Assembly: GCA_033763315.1 (NCBI GenBank)
Contig: JANRKS010000009.1
Location: 332,789 to 396,788 of the forward strand
Source of the DNA: Deltaproteobacteria bacterium
Lineage (GTDB): Bacteria; Myxococcota_A; Polyangia; Fen-1088
DNA: 64,000 nt
Direction of reading: 5' to 3'
Shown: piece by piece, positions 27,802 through 37,736 of the stretch
Numbering within the stretch: position 1 is the first letter of the stretch
Layout: every line of letters begins with the position of its first letter
Program-made: the position numbers and the translations under genes
Notes under the pieces: model-generated
Told to the model about the DNA's origin: nothing
Databases searched by the model: none
What the model saw: only the letters and a program-made list of their open reading frames with translations

Positions 27802-27815
27802 GGTTGCATGCAACC
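27802..27815. promoter_or_regulatory. Perfect 14-bp palindrome, candidate operator
   Basis: GGTTGCATGCAACC in the divergent gap between the DUF1553 and DUF2330 genes. Confidence 0.4.
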
Positions 27816-27947
27816 CGGCAGATGCCGGCCGCGTCGTTTGGCGTGACTTTTGACCTAGGCCTTGTGGTCACGGTCACCTCGAGTATGTCTTAAGTGTCTT
27901 ATGGCACGACGCGATCGGTCAGTTCACCGTCATGATACGGTGGGGAA

Positions 27948-29642
27948 ATGCTGAGACTTTGCACGCGCGGTTGCCTGTATTTGGGTGCGCTGGTCCTGGC
28001 CCTGTGGTCGCCCCCGGCCTCAGCCTGTGGCGGGTTCTTCTGCTCACAGCTGCCGGTGGACCAAACAGCCGAACGAATCATTTTTGCCCTAACGCCCACC
28101 AAAACCACGGCGTACATCCAAATCAACTATCAAGGCGACGCAGATAAGTTTTCGTGGGTGGTGCCCGTGCAGGCTGTGCCCACCATCAAGCTCGGCAGCC
28201 AGAGCACCTTCGCCGCTTTGGAACCGTTGACGGCACCACAGTTCAACCTCGATTACGAGGGGCTCAATCCCAACGACACGTGTGGCCCTAGCTTCTTGGT
28301 TGATGAGGGCGCATCGCCACCCAGCAGCAGCAAGGATGTGCAAGTGATCGATGCCAAACAGGTGGGGCCATTCGACACGGTGGTGCTCAAATCGAGGAGC
28401 GCGGCCGAATTGGTGACGTGGCTTTCAACCAACGGCTACACGCAACCCCCAACATCAACGCCACTCATTGATCATTACGTCAACAAGGGAATGTACTTTG
28501 TGGCCGTCAAGTTGAACAAGTCAGCGTCGGTTGGTGAGATCGCGCCGTTGGCATTGGAGATGGACACGCAAGAGGCATGCGTGCCGTTGATTCTCACGCA
28601 GATTGCCGCGGTCCCCAACATGCCGGTCATCATTTACGTGTTGGGCAGCGCGCGCGCGTTCCCGCGCAACTGGTTTCACGTCGAGATGAACCATGCGCAA
28701 GTCAATTGGCTGCAAGGTGGCAGCAATTACGTGAAAATGGCGACGGCCGCCATCAACGAAGCCGCAGGCCATGGGTTTATCACGGAATTCGCAGGGGCAG
28801 CTTCCATCGCCAAAGATCGCATTCTTCAACCGGGCACGCTGAGCACCGTGGGATTGGCCGGCGCGACGTCGCCCACTGCGGTGTTGCAGCAACTTGTTCA
28901 GGCGGGCTTTCCTCGTGACGCCAGCATGCTCGCCATCCTGCGTGAGTTCATTCCGCTGCCCGCCAGCCTTGCCGAGCAGGGCATTGATGACCGGACGTTC
29001 TACAACAACATCGCGCAGTACGAGCCGCAGCTCAATGGGTTCCAGGTGGATAGCGCCGGACTCATCAAAGCGTTGCAGGAGCGCGTTGTTACGCCATTGG
29101 TGGAGGCGCAAGCGATGTTTGACAATGCCACTTACCTGACGCGATTGATGGCCACTGTATCGCCTGACGAGATGAACCGTGATCCCTTGTTCTTGTTGAA
29201 TCCTGATCTGCCGCCCGTCTCAAACCTGCACACGGCGAAGGTTGGCGGCATGTGCGGCAACGACGGCGTTGTGAAAAACCTGACGCTTACGCTTGAGGAT
29301 GGCCAGGTGCTCTCATTGGGAGACACACGTTTGTTCGACGGCACCGTCACGTGGAAGTACGAGGAGCAACTGCCGCGCGCCAAACGCATTCAATTGGTGG
29401 GGGCCACGGGACAAGCCGTGACCATCAAGCGAACCGAGGTCAAACGCATCGATCAAGAGTTGAACAAGGAGCTACCCGAAGTCGTACGGAGCCGTGCGAT
29501 CGCCGATGGCGCCATCGAGCCTGCCGTTCCTGTGGCCAGTGACGACAGCGGCTGCAATTTTAGTGGCCGTGCGGGCACGCCTTCACTTCTGGCTTTGCTG
29601 GCGTTGGCCGCGCTTGTGGCCCGGCGCGCGCGTCGGACCTAG
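27948..29642 (+). CDS. DUF2330 domain protein with MYXO-CTERM sorting signal
   Basis: Signal peptide then CGGFFC...[30 protein letters not shown]...SP.EM; C-terminal SGC-linker-hydrophobic helix-RRARRT. Confidence 0.88.
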   Translation: MLRLCTRGCLYLGALVLALWSPPASACGGFFCSQLPVDQTAERIIFALTPTKTTAYIQINYQGDADKFSWVVPVQAVPTIKLGSQSTFAALEPLTAPQFNLDYEGLNPNDTCGPSFLVDEGASPPSSSKDVQVIDAKQVGPFDTVVLKSRSAAELVTWLSTNGYTQPPTSTPLIDHYVNKGMYFVAVKLNKSASVGEIAPLALEMDTQEACVPLILTQIAAVPNMPVIIYVLGSARAFPRNWFHVEMNHAQVNWLQGGSNYVKMATAAINEAAGHGFITEFAGAASIAKDRILQPGTLSTVGLAGATSPTAVLQQLVQAGFPRDASMLAILREFIPLPASLAEQGIDDRTFYNNIAQYEPQLNGFQVDSAGLIKALQERVVTPLVEAQAMFDNATYLTRLMATVSPDEMNRDPLFLLNPDLPPVSNLHTAKVGGMCGNDGVVKNLTLTLEDGQVLSLGDTRLFDGTVTWKYEEQLPRAKRIQLVGATGQAVTIKRTEVKRIDQELNKELPEVVRSRAIADGAIEPAVPVASDDSGCNFSGRAGTPSLLALLALAALVARRARRT

Positions 29643-30565
29643 CGCTTTTGATCCGCGTCTAACGCCTGCAAAACGGCGCTGTAGCCGCCGCTGACGACGC
29701 GATCAAACTCTGCGTTGTCAGCAGACATGGCGTTGTCAGCCACGGGATCCACACTTACGGTTACGCTCAACAGTGGGCACTTCATGGCCTGGCTGTGCAA
29801 CACGGCGTGCCCACTGACGTTGACGGCCAGCAGCCGCGCGCGCGGGTACAAGCGGCAAGCGTCTTCCACCGGCACGGCGGCAACCCGGTCGGAACCAGGA
29901 TCCACGTAACCTGCTTTTACGGGATCGAAATCCTTAAAGATGAACGGGTTCGCAATGCTGCGTGAAATGGCATCGGCCAAGTCGCCCGTGCGCGCGGTGA
30001 CAAGCTGCAATCCGTTGCCTTGCCGTTGTTGATAAAACGTGGCGAACCCGATGGGCAGTTGCTCGATCTGGCGCCCGTCGTAGAACTTCGTGAGCACACC
30101 GCTGAAGCGTTGGATGGCCACGGTGGGTGTGGCGCGCATGCCAGCGGCGGCACCGGCACCTGCGCCCAACGCCAAGGGAACGGCGGCGGCGCCTCCGGTG
30201 ATCACGGCGGCAATGGCGGCGCCAACGAACCCGCCGATCATCGCGTTGCGGCCCACGTCCCATTCCGTTTGCTGGCGATAAAGCGCGATCAGCTGTTGAT
30301 ACCTATGCCTTATGGGCGCCGTGGGAGCCGAAGCGTAGAGGCCGCCGACGAGCGCGCCCATGCTGGTGCCAGCGATGCAATCAATGGGGACGTGTCGCGC
30401 CTGCATCGCTTCGATCGCGCCTATGTGAGCCAACCCCGCCGGGCCGCCCGCCGAAAGCACGAGGCACGTGGGGCGCTTGTGCTCTTGTGTCCATGAATGC
30501 GCGCATCCCGTCAGCGTGACAGCGAGCAAAAGCACAAGCGACTGGCGCCGTGGTGACGTGCTCAT
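29639..30565 (-). CDS. Patatin-like phospholipase lipoprotein
   Basis: Lipobox LTG-C; [20 protein letters not shown] nucleophile, YVDPG variant of DGG; ATG 30565 overlaps the upstream stop (ATGA). Confidence 0.85.
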   Translation of the reverse strand: MSTSPRRQSLVLLLAVTLTGCAHSWTQEHKRPTCLVLSAGGPAGLAHIGAIEAMQARHVPIDCIAGTSMGALVGGLYASAPTAPIRHRYQQLIALYRQQTEWDVGRNAMIGGFVGAAIAAVITGGAAAVPLALGAGAGAAAGMRATPTVAIQRFSGVLTKFYDGRQIEQLPIGFATFYQQRQGNGLQLVTARTGDLADAISRSIANPFIFKDFDPVKAGYVDPGSDRVAAVPVEDACRLYPRARLLAVNVSGHAVLHSQAMKCPLLSVTVSVDPVADNAMSADNAEFDRVVSGGYSAVLQALDADQKR

Positions 30566-31443
30566 GGAGCGGCCACCGGCATGCCCAGCGTTTGCCGCAC
30601 GTGTTTGAACTCGGGCGTCCAAGCCAACGCGCGCGTGCGCACCGTAAGCGTCGGTGCCGTATGGCGCGTTGACGCCAACACGGTGGCGTGGGTTCCGCAC
30701 GCAAACAAAGAGATCAGCGCCGCCTTGCCTTCGCGCGGAATGACATCTAGTTGCTGCAGCACCTGCAGGCCCAGCTGTGACGTGGCTGACGCCACGCGGG
30801 GCGCTTGAGCTGTGGCCGCGACCATCACGAACAACCCGCCGGGGGCGAGGCAAGGTGCCGCGGCCTGAACATAATCTTCCACGCCTCCTCGGTGTTCAAA
30901 ACGGCAGGGCGCGCACTGTGGTTTGGTGCTTTGCACTCCAGCGCGGGCATCGAAATAGGGTGGGGTGCCTGTGATTAAGTCGAATGTGCCAAGCGTTGCA
31001 CGCGTGCGAAAGTCCGCTTCGTGCAGCCGCACCCGATCGGTGAGGCCGTTGTACGCCAACGATCGGCGAAGCAGGTCGGCGCTTAACGATTGTGCTTCGA
31101 TGCCCTCGCTCTGCAGTTCGGGGAAGCGCCACGCCAGCATCATTAAAACCGAGCCGATGCCGCAACCGAGATCAAGGTGGCGCGTGGGCGGGGCGGGCAG
31201 CAGCGTGGCCGCGAACCACGCTGTGATCAGATCGTCCAACGACCAACGGTGGCCATCTTGACGCTGAAATATGCGGAAATCGCCTGCCAAATAACAAAGA
31301 TCTTCGCCGGTGGCGGGCGCCAGATCCGCTCGACCTTGCGGGCCCCGTGGTTGCGGCCCACCCGGTGCCCACCCCAAAGGCCGTCGCGCGGGGCGCACAA
31401 TGCCCGGCGCTTGACCTTTATGGTTCTGTGGTGAGGTGAGCAT
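30562..31443 (-). CDS. SAM-dependent methyltransferase, tRNA1(Val) A37-N6 (YfiC/TrmN6)-like
   Basis: [34 protein letters not shown] (NPPY variant), CRFE; start uncertain. Confidence 0.8.
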   Translation of the reverse strand: MLTSPQNHKGQAPGIVRPARRPLGWAPGGPQPRGPQGRADLAPATGEDLCYLAGDFRIFQRQDGHRWSLDDLITAWFAATLLPAPPTRHLDLGCGIGSVLMMLAWRFPELQSEGIEAQSLSADLLRRSLAYNGLTDRVRLHEADFRTRATLGTFDLITGTPPYFDARAGVQSTKPQCAPCRFEHRGGVEDYVQAAAPCLAPGGLFVMVAATAQAPRVASATSQLGLQVLQQLDVIPREGKAALISLFACGTHATVLASTRHTAPTLTVRTRALAWTPEFKHVRQTLGMPVAAP

Positions 31444-31531
31444 CGCTGGCCCGAGTATGGCGTCTGGGCTGGCGTGAGGCCACTGTGCACGCAACTTGAG
31501 GTGCGGCTGGGCTTGGCCTAGTGTGTTGTGA

Positions 31532-32419
31532 ATGACGATGACGACGCGCGCGCGGGAGCCCCTGGTGGCTGTGATTGGCGGCAGCGGCTTTTACGATTTG
31601 CCGGGCTGCACGGACCTCGAAGAAGTGGCGGTGACGACGCCATTTGGGGCGCCGTCGGACAGCGTGCGGCTGGGGCGCATGGCGGGGCGCCGCGTGGCGT
31701 TCTTGGCGCGCCACGGCCGCGATCACACGCTTTTGCCGCATGAAGTGAACGCGCAGGCCAACATCTATGCCCTCAAAGATTTGGGTGCGACCCACATAGT
31801 TTCCGTATCGGCCGTGGGATCACTGCGCGAGAACATTGCGCCCGGTGATGTGGTGTTGCCGCACCAGTTTATCGATCGAACGGTGCAAAGGCCGCGCACC
31901 TTCTTCGGCCAAGGCGTGGTGGCGCACATCGCGTTTGCGGATCCGATCTGTTTACGGTTGTCGGCGCACATGGAGACAGCGGCGCGAGCCATTCCGGGGC
32001 AAGTGCACACAGGCGGCACGTACGTGTGCATTGAGGGGCCACAATTCTCCACGCGCGCCGAGTCTGAGCTGTGGCGGCAGTGGGGCGCCACCGTGGTGGG
32101 CATGACGAATTTGCCTGAGGCGCGTTTGGCCCGTGAGGCTGAGATCTGTTACGCTACCTTGGCTTTGCCCAGCGACTACGATTGTTGGCGCACGCACAAC
32201 GAACAAGTCACGGCGTCTGAAGCCTTCGACACGCTAAAACGAACGGTGGACCGGGCGAAGGCCATTGTGGCGCGGGTGCTCTCAAACGTGGACGCGGCTG
32301 CATCTTGTGCCTGTCAGACCGCGCTGGACGCGGCACTGGTAACACCTGTGGCGGCGATGGGGGCGGCGCAAAAGCAGCGCCTGGCGGCGATCTTGGCCCG
32401 TCGGCTGGTCCAAGCGTAA
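31532..32419 (+). CDS. mtnP: S-methyl-5'-thioadenosine phosphorylase
   Basis: IGGSGFY, TPFGAPSD, FLARHG, SAVGSL, QFIDRT, EGPQFSTRAES, GMTN.PEA.LAREAE, DYDCW. Confidence 0.95.
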   Translation: MTMTTRAREPLVAVIGGSGFYDLPGCTDLEEVAVTTPFGAPSDSVRLGRMAGRRVAFLARHGRDHTLLPHEVNAQANIYALKDLGATHIVSVSAVGSLRENIAPGDVVLPHQFIDRTVQRPRTFFGQGVVAHIAFADPICLRLSAHMETAARAIPGQVHTGGTYVCIEGPQFSTRAESELWRQWGATVVGMTNLPEARLAREAEICYATLALPSDYDCWRTHNEQVTASEAFDTLKRTVDRAKAIVARVLSNVDAAASCACQTALDAALVTPVAAMGAAQKQRLAAILARRLVQA

Positions 32420-32518
32420 GGGCGTGGTGGCGCGCGCGGCCGCTTGGTACATTCGCCTGAGGTTGGGCAGCGGCGCGCGCCGCCAAACCTTTTCTTGAAC
32501 CCGTCAAAGGAGCGGTCC

Positions 32519-33001
32519 ATGCAAATCGAGAGTCGCAAAGTCGTCACCTTAGAGTACACCCTCACCGACGAGGGGGGTGACGTGCTGGACACGTCCAAAG
32601 GCGGTGAGCCATTGGTCTACCTGCACGGCTCGGGCAACATCATTCCGGGCCTCGAAAGCGCCCTGGCGGGCAAGGGTGAAGGCGAATCGTTGAAGGTCAC
32701 TGTGTCGCCCGAGGACGCTTATGGCGATCGCGATGAGGATCTGATGCAGACCGTGCCGAAGTCGCACTTTGGTGATGAAGAGCTGGAAGTGGGCATGCAG
32801 TTCCAAGCCCGTGGGCCAGAAGGTCCCGTGTTGTTGACGATCGTTCGTGTGCTTGCAGACACCGTCACCTTGGATGCGAATCACCCGCTCGCCGGGAAAA
32901 CGCTATCGTTCGACGTCACCGTTCTTTCGGTGCGCGACGCCACGCTTGAGGAGCTGACGCACGGCCACGTTCACGGTCCGGGCGGTCACCACCATCACTA
33001 G
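32519..33001 (+). CDS. slyD: FKBP-type peptidyl-prolyl isomerase SlyD
   Basis: VVTLEYTL, PLVYLHG..NIIPGLE.AL, PEDAYG, DANHPLAGKTL.F.V, His-rich tail; AAGGAG RBS before ATG 32519. Confidence 0.95.
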   Translation: MQIESRKVVTLEYTLTDEGGDVLDTSKGGEPLVYLHGSGNIIPGLESALAGKGEGESLKVTVSPEDAYGDRDEDLMQTVPKSHFGDEELEVGMQFQARGPEGPVLLTIVRVLADTVTLDANHPLAGKTLSFDVTVLSVRDATLEELTHGHVHGPGGHHHH

Positions 33002-33106
33002 CGCGTGTCGCGGGCGGCGACAAACGCGCGGCCACCACGCGAAACGACCTCGAAAGCAGCGATAAATGCGATAGTGGCTGCGGCCGGCCCCGGGCCGGCA
33101 ACTCAC

Positions 33107-34453
33107 ATGTTTGACCTCGCCTTAATTCCCAAAGACGTTCTCGGCGTTTGCCAGCAACTGCACGCCGCCGGACACCAAGCGCATTTGGTGGGCGGCGGCA
33201 TTCGGGATCTTTTGTTGGGGCGGGAGCCCGCCGATTTTGACGTGGCCACCGATGCGTTGCCCGATGTGGTGATGCAATTGTTCGGCGCGCGGTATGCGTT
33301 GCCCACCGGCCTGCAGCACGGAACCATCACGGTGCTGGCCGGCACGCCGCCGCGGCACGTGGAGGTCACCACGTTCCGCGGTGAGGGCGAATACCTTGAC
33401 GGCCGACGCCCTTCAAGCGTTTCATTTTCCGCGACGCTGCATGAAGATCTGGCGCGGCGTGATTTCACGATGAACGCGATCGCGTTCGATCCGATTGCGG
33501 GCGTTTTGACCGATCCCTTCCACGGGCAAGACGACCTTGGCCGCAAGTTGGTCAAAGCCGTGGGCGATGCCGTTAAGCGCTTTGAAGAAGATGGCCTGCG
33601 GCCCATGCGCGCGGTGAGGCAAGCCACGGTCCTGGGCTTCGCGATCGAGCCTGCGACGCTGGCGGCGATTCCGCAAACGTTAGATTCTTTTCGCAAGGTC
33701 TCCGCCGAGCGCATTCGCGACGAGCTTTTTAAAATGTTTAAGGCGCCGCAGCCATCGGTGGGACTGCGCTTGATGTTGCAAAGCGGGTTGCTCGCGCATG
33801 TGTTTCCAGAACTTGTGGCGTGCGTTGGCTGCAAGCAAGAGCCGTCGCACAGCTTGGATGTGTTCGATCACGTCTTGGCCACGCTCGACGCTTTGCCGGC
33901 GCGCTTTGATCTGCGTTTGGCGGGCTTGCTGCACGATGTGGGCAAGCCCGTGGTGGCGACCCACGCAAATGGCGAATGGACCTTCGCCGGTCATGCGGCG
34001 GCGGGAGCCGCTTTGGTGGCCACGATCGCGGAACGCCTGCGCCTTTCAGTCGCGGAGAAGAGGTTGGTGTGCGACTTGGTGGCGCTGCATGAATTTGTTT
34101 ATCAACCCGAGTTTTCTGACGCCGAGGTGCGCCGCTTGCTGCGCTCTTTTACCGCCGAACGCATCGCAGATGTGGTTGCGTTGCGGGTGGCAAACCACGC
34201 CTCACATGATGCCACTTCCAAAGCGCAGGCGATCACATTCGCAGCGCGGGTCGCCGCGGTGATGGCACAACGCCCGCCGCTGGCGACGAAGGAGCTGGCC
34301 GTCGACGGTAAAACACTGATGCAAGAGCTGAACATCGCCCCCGGAAAACAGGTGGGAGTGATGTTAAATGCGATGTTGGACTACGCGCTCGAGGATCCGA
34401 CGCGCAACACACGTGAAGCGCTTTTGGCGTGGGCGCGCGCGCGTCAGGTGTAG
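33107..34453 (+). CDS. cca: tRNA nucleotidyltransferase (CCA-adding class II) with HD domain
   Basis: LVGGGIRD...DFDVAT, flexible loop TTFRGEGEYLDGRRP, EDLARRDFTMNA, EDGLR..R, ERIRDEL, LLHDVGK; ATG 33107. Confidence 0.88.
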   Translation: MFDLALIPKDVLGVCQQLHAAGHQAHLVGGGIRDLLLGREPADFDVATDALPDVVMQLFGARYALPTGLQHGTITVLAGTPPRHVEVTTFRGEGEYLDGRRPSSVSFSATLHEDLARRDFTMNAIAFDPIAGVLTDPFHGQDDLGRKLVKAVGDAVKRFEEDGLRPMRAVRQATVLGFAIEPATLAAIPQTLDSFRKVSAERIRDELFKMFKAPQPSVGLRLMLQSGLLAHVFPELVACVGCKQEPSHSLDVFDHVLATLDALPARFDLRLAGLLHDVGKPVVATHANGEWTFAGHAAAGAALVATIAERLRLSVAEKRLVCDLVALHEFVYQPEFSDAEVRRLLRSFTAERIADVVALRVANHASHDATSKAQAITFAARVAAVMAQRPPLATKELAVDGKTLMQELNIAPGKQVGVMLNAMLDYALEDPTRNTREALLAWARARQV

Positions 34454-34455
34454 CG

Positions 34456-37017
34456 TCACTTTTGGATCACAGCGTCCTCGTTGCTGAACGGATGCATCGA
34501 ATGTGCTTGCCGCAAAAATGCGTACAAATCGCGGACGCCTTGGACTGTGAGTGTGTCCAGCAAGCCGTCGGGCATCAACGACGCATCGGCTTTCGTTTCT
34601 GACACGAGATCCGCTTTGGCGATCTTCACAAGTTGACCGGCGGCGTTCGCCAACGTGATTGTGCCGTCGGCGGCGACGTTTTTAACCATGCCCACGTATG
34701 ACGAGCCGTCGCGCGTTTCAAACTGCCGCGCGCTCCACACAACATCGAGTGACGGGTCTAAGAGCGATTCCAATAGCCGTGCGGGGCGCTCGTCGCCCAT
34801 GAACGTCAGTGGGGGCCCGACGTGGCCCCCCAAAAGTGCCACACGATGGCAGCGAGCGCATCCCACGCCAGGGTGAACAAAGGCTCGTCGCCCCGCTTCG
34901 GCATCACCGGGCTTGGCTTGCAAAGCGCGTTGCCATTGTGCTTGGTCCTGCGGCCGTACCTCGGGCGTGACGTCTTCTGTTTGCAAAGCGAAGCGCACTT
35001 CTTCACGCAATCCCGCGTCAGCGCGCGGGGTGGCCAGCGTTTTCAGCGCGGACTCCAAAGCGGCGACCACAAACTTGTCCCCCAAAGCGGCGCGGAGGGC
35101 GCGCGCCGTCTCCACGCGCACGGGACGCGCGGGATCCGCAAGCAGAGGGGCCAAACCCTGCGCGTGGCCGTGCATGGCCAAAACGCCGATCGCATCCGCC
35201 CGCACTGTGGTCGCAAAACGTGCGTCCTTGGCAACCGCTTCTAGGCGCGGCCACATCGTGGCAAGAGGCGTTTGCGCCAACCGCCAAAGCGCCTCCTGCT
35301 GAGCGCGAACTTGAACTGGATTCTGTGCGGGTTGGGCAAGCCGTTGCATCAAGTCATCGGTCGCTGCAACCGCAAGATCAGGAGCGGGCGCATCTTGTAG
35401 TAGTGCTGTGGCTGCTTGATACACATGCCGCAGCCGCAACGACGTGGGCTTGCGACGGGCCGCCCCCGCCAATGCCTCCGCGTCTTGGGCGCTCAACCAT
35501 CCGGCCTCGGTGCCGTAGATGATGGCGGCCATGCGCACATCGAGTGCCGCATCGTTAAGCGCACGCAAGATGATTTCTTTTGTCTCAGGTGCACGTCGAT
35601 CCCACACGTTTTGTGCCTGCTTGAACGCCAACAAAGCTGCAAGTCGCTGCTTTGCTGACCTGGACGTAAGCCATTGCCTGGCCGTGCGCAGCTCAGGTTC
35701 ATTGGCAAGCGCGGTGACAGCCGCGCTGAACGAGAAGGGATCCGCGTCAGTGGCTTTTGTGGCCAAGGCAATTTGCGTTGCACCGAGCGGTCCGGTTGAA
35801 CCACTGAGCGTCAATAGCCGCGCGCGTGCGGGTGAAATCGCGGGCGCTGGCAAAGGTGCCGCCGGCTTGCGCGGCGAGAGGCGCCAAATGCGGCCAAGAC
35901 CGTGAACGCTATAGTCACGTTTTACCCAATCAGTAAAGAACACGGAGCCATCGGCCGCCGCCGCCAACGCCACCGGTCGGAAGGAACGGCCGCCCTGCAC
36001 CAGGATCTGCAAATCGGATTTGACGCTCGCGCCACTGGCACGCACCGTGTTCACTTCGATGCGCCGATCGGCCCACGAGGTCACCAATACCTTATTCGCA
36101 TAACGTTGCGGCCACCGCAGGTGGACGGTTGAAAGCACGCTGCTGGCGGCTTCGCCGGCCATCCCCGCCATCGGCAGCGTGCCCGGCAACTCGCCGTTCC
36201 AAGCGACGAAGGCATGGTCCGCCGTGGCGCCGTAACGGAAGCGAAAACCGAAATCGCCACCGCGCACCAGATCCAGTAAGCGATTTGGCGGTCGCGTCTC
36301 TGGATCGTCGTCGATGGCCAGCAACATGCCATCGCCGTGAAAAGTAAAGCCGAAGGGATTCCAAAAGCCGGTGGCATAACGCTCAAGCTGTGTGCCATCG
36401 GGTTTGCAGCGGAACACGCCGCCACCTTCACCCTCGCCACCGCGCAACGTTCTGCCATCGCGCCCCTGCAGGGAATATGTGTTCCCTTGGTTGTCACCCA
36501 CGCCCACGTAGAGCCAACCATCGGGCCCGAAAATAAGGTTGCCCAGCCCGTTGTGCGGGTAGGTGGTGGCGCTGGTAAGCGTGAGCAGCGTCTGCGATGA
36601 ATCGGCTTTGCCGTCGTTGTCTTTGTCTGTCCACGCGGTGACTTTGTTGCGCTCCACCACCACAACGGCCCCGTCTTGCCGGACGGCAAGGTTCATCGCG
36701 AATGTGAAGCTGTCGGCGAACACTGTGCGCGTCTCGAAGGTCCCGTCGTGATCTTTGTCTTGCAAACGCACCACCTGATCGTGCAGCGGCCCTTTGTAAG
36801 CGGCAGGGCGAAAGTGGGTGTGCGACTGCACCACCAAGAGCGCCCCTTGCGCGTCCACGGCCAAACCAATGGGCGTCACAACCGCGGGCTCAGAAGCCAC
36901 CAATTGCAACGCAAGATCGGGATCCGAAACGTGAGGAACCTCAATGGTGCCGGCCATGGCCGCAAGCGGCGACAACAACAACGCCATCCAACCGGCGTTC
37001 CGAAGGATAAACAGCAT
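34456..37017 (-). CDS. PVC-type membrane-dehydrogenase-like beta-propeller + HEAT-like repeats + c-type heme domain
   Basis: Signal peptide; ASEPAVVTPIGLAVD, FGPDGWLY, ATGFWNPFG, FRPV...DGSVFFTDW; CARCH heme motif, GPPLT, LLESLLDPS, SLMPDGL. Confidence 0.85.
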   Translation of the reverse strand: MLFILRNAGWMALLLSPLAAMAGTIEVPHVSDPDLALQLVASEPAVVTPIGLAVDAQGALLVVQSHTHFRPAAYKGPLHDQVVRLQDKDHDGTFETRTVFADSFTFAMNLAVRQDGAVVVVERNKVTAWTDKDNDGKADSSQTLLTLTSATTYPHNGLGNLIFGPDGWLYVGVGDNQGNTYSLQGRDGRTLRGGEGEGGGVFRCKPDGTQLERYATGFWNPFGFTFHGDGMLLAIDDDPETRPPNRLLDLVRGGDFGFRFRYGATADHAFVAWNGELPGTLPMAGMAGEAASSVLSTVHLRWPQRYANKVLVTSWADRRIEVNTVRASGASVKSDLQILVQGGRSFRPVALAAAADGSVFFTDWVKRDYSVHGLGRIWRLSPRKPAAPLPAPAISPARARLLTLSGSTGPLGATQIALATKATDADPFSFSAAVTALANEPELRTARQWLTSRSAKQRLAALLAFKQAQNVWDRRAPETKEIILRALNDAALDVRMAAIIYGTEAGWLSAQDAEALAGAARRKPTSLRLRHVYQAATALLQDAPAPDLAVAATDDLMQRLAQPAQNPVQVRAQQEALWRLAQTPLATMWPRLEAVAKDARFATTVRADAIGVLAMHGHAQGLAPLLADPARPVRVETARALRAALGDKFVVAALESALKTLATPRADAGLREEVRFALQTEDVTPEVRPQDQAQWQRALQAKPGDAEAGRRAFVHPGVGCARCHRVALLGGHVGPPLTFMGDERPARLLESLLDPSLDVVWSARQFETRDGSSYVGMVKNVAADGTITLANAAGQLVKIAKADLVSETKADASLMPDGLLDTLTVQGVRDLYAFLRQAHSMHPFSNEDAVIQK

Positions 37018-37097
37018 CGGCCTACTAGACGGCACGCGCTTCTCGTCGGCAACCCCACTTTGTTAAGACACCACGCGGCGTGAATCGCAGAGGACCT

Positions 37098-37736
37098 TCA
37101 GTGTGATCGATCTAACAACGATTCCAAAAGCGCTTCGACGCTGGTCACCGTCTTTGTGCGCCGCAACGCTATTGGGGCGCTGATCGATTCGGAAGATCTG
37201 CGTATGGCTTCTGTGGCGATGCCGAGTTCTGGCAGGGTGAACGTGCGAACCTGTGGGGCCGCTTCCTGCATCGGCAAATCCGCTGATGCCGGCACACACG
37301 CCACCACGCAGGGCCACGGCAGCGCCACCGTGGCGATCTGCGAGGCCCCGTGAACGGCCACGTGCATGTGTTTCCCCCGCACATGCGCTGCGTGGGCTTG
37401 CGCGACGAACGGCACGTTCCATTGCACAGCCAAGGCGGCGCCGAGAAGGCCCGTGCCAGCGGCGTTTGAGAGCACGCCGCAAAAAATAGCGTCGCACCCC
37501 ATGCGTTGCACAGCTGTGAGCAGGACGTGAGCAAGCGATTGGCTGTGCGGTCGGGCAAGCTCAGGCCCTGTGATCGCCACGACCGAGGCCACGCCGCGTG
37601 GCACAGCGTTGGGCGCGAACGTGTCGTTGCCTGCATGCACCCAGCACACCTCTGCGTTGTCGAGGCCTAGCGCCAACGCGGTGGCGCCCAACGCGGCTGT
37701 GCCGGGGTTGGCCTCCACGCACACAGCAATCTTCAT
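37098..37736 (-). CDS. Highly divergent ETF beta-subunit-like protein
   Basis: MKIAVCV start, DAIFCG..S...TG..GAALA...NVPFV, VALPWPCVV; ATG 37736 overlaps the upstream stop. Confidence 0.65.
   Translation of the reverse strand: MKIAVCVEANPGTAALGATALALGLDNAEVCWVHAGNDTFAPNAVPRGVASVVAITGPELARPHSQSLAHVLLTAVQRMGCDAIFCGVLSNAAGTGLLGAALAVQWNVPFVAQAHAAHVRGKHMHVAVHGASQIATVALPWPCVVACVPASADLPMQEAAPQVRTFTLPELGIATEAIRRSSESISAPIALRRTKTVTSVEALLESLLDRSH

Noticed and set aside
33083-33099. GC hairpin GCCGGCC-ccg-GGCCGGC upstream of cca
   Set aside because: No U-tract, 3-nt loop, and expected by chance at this GC content
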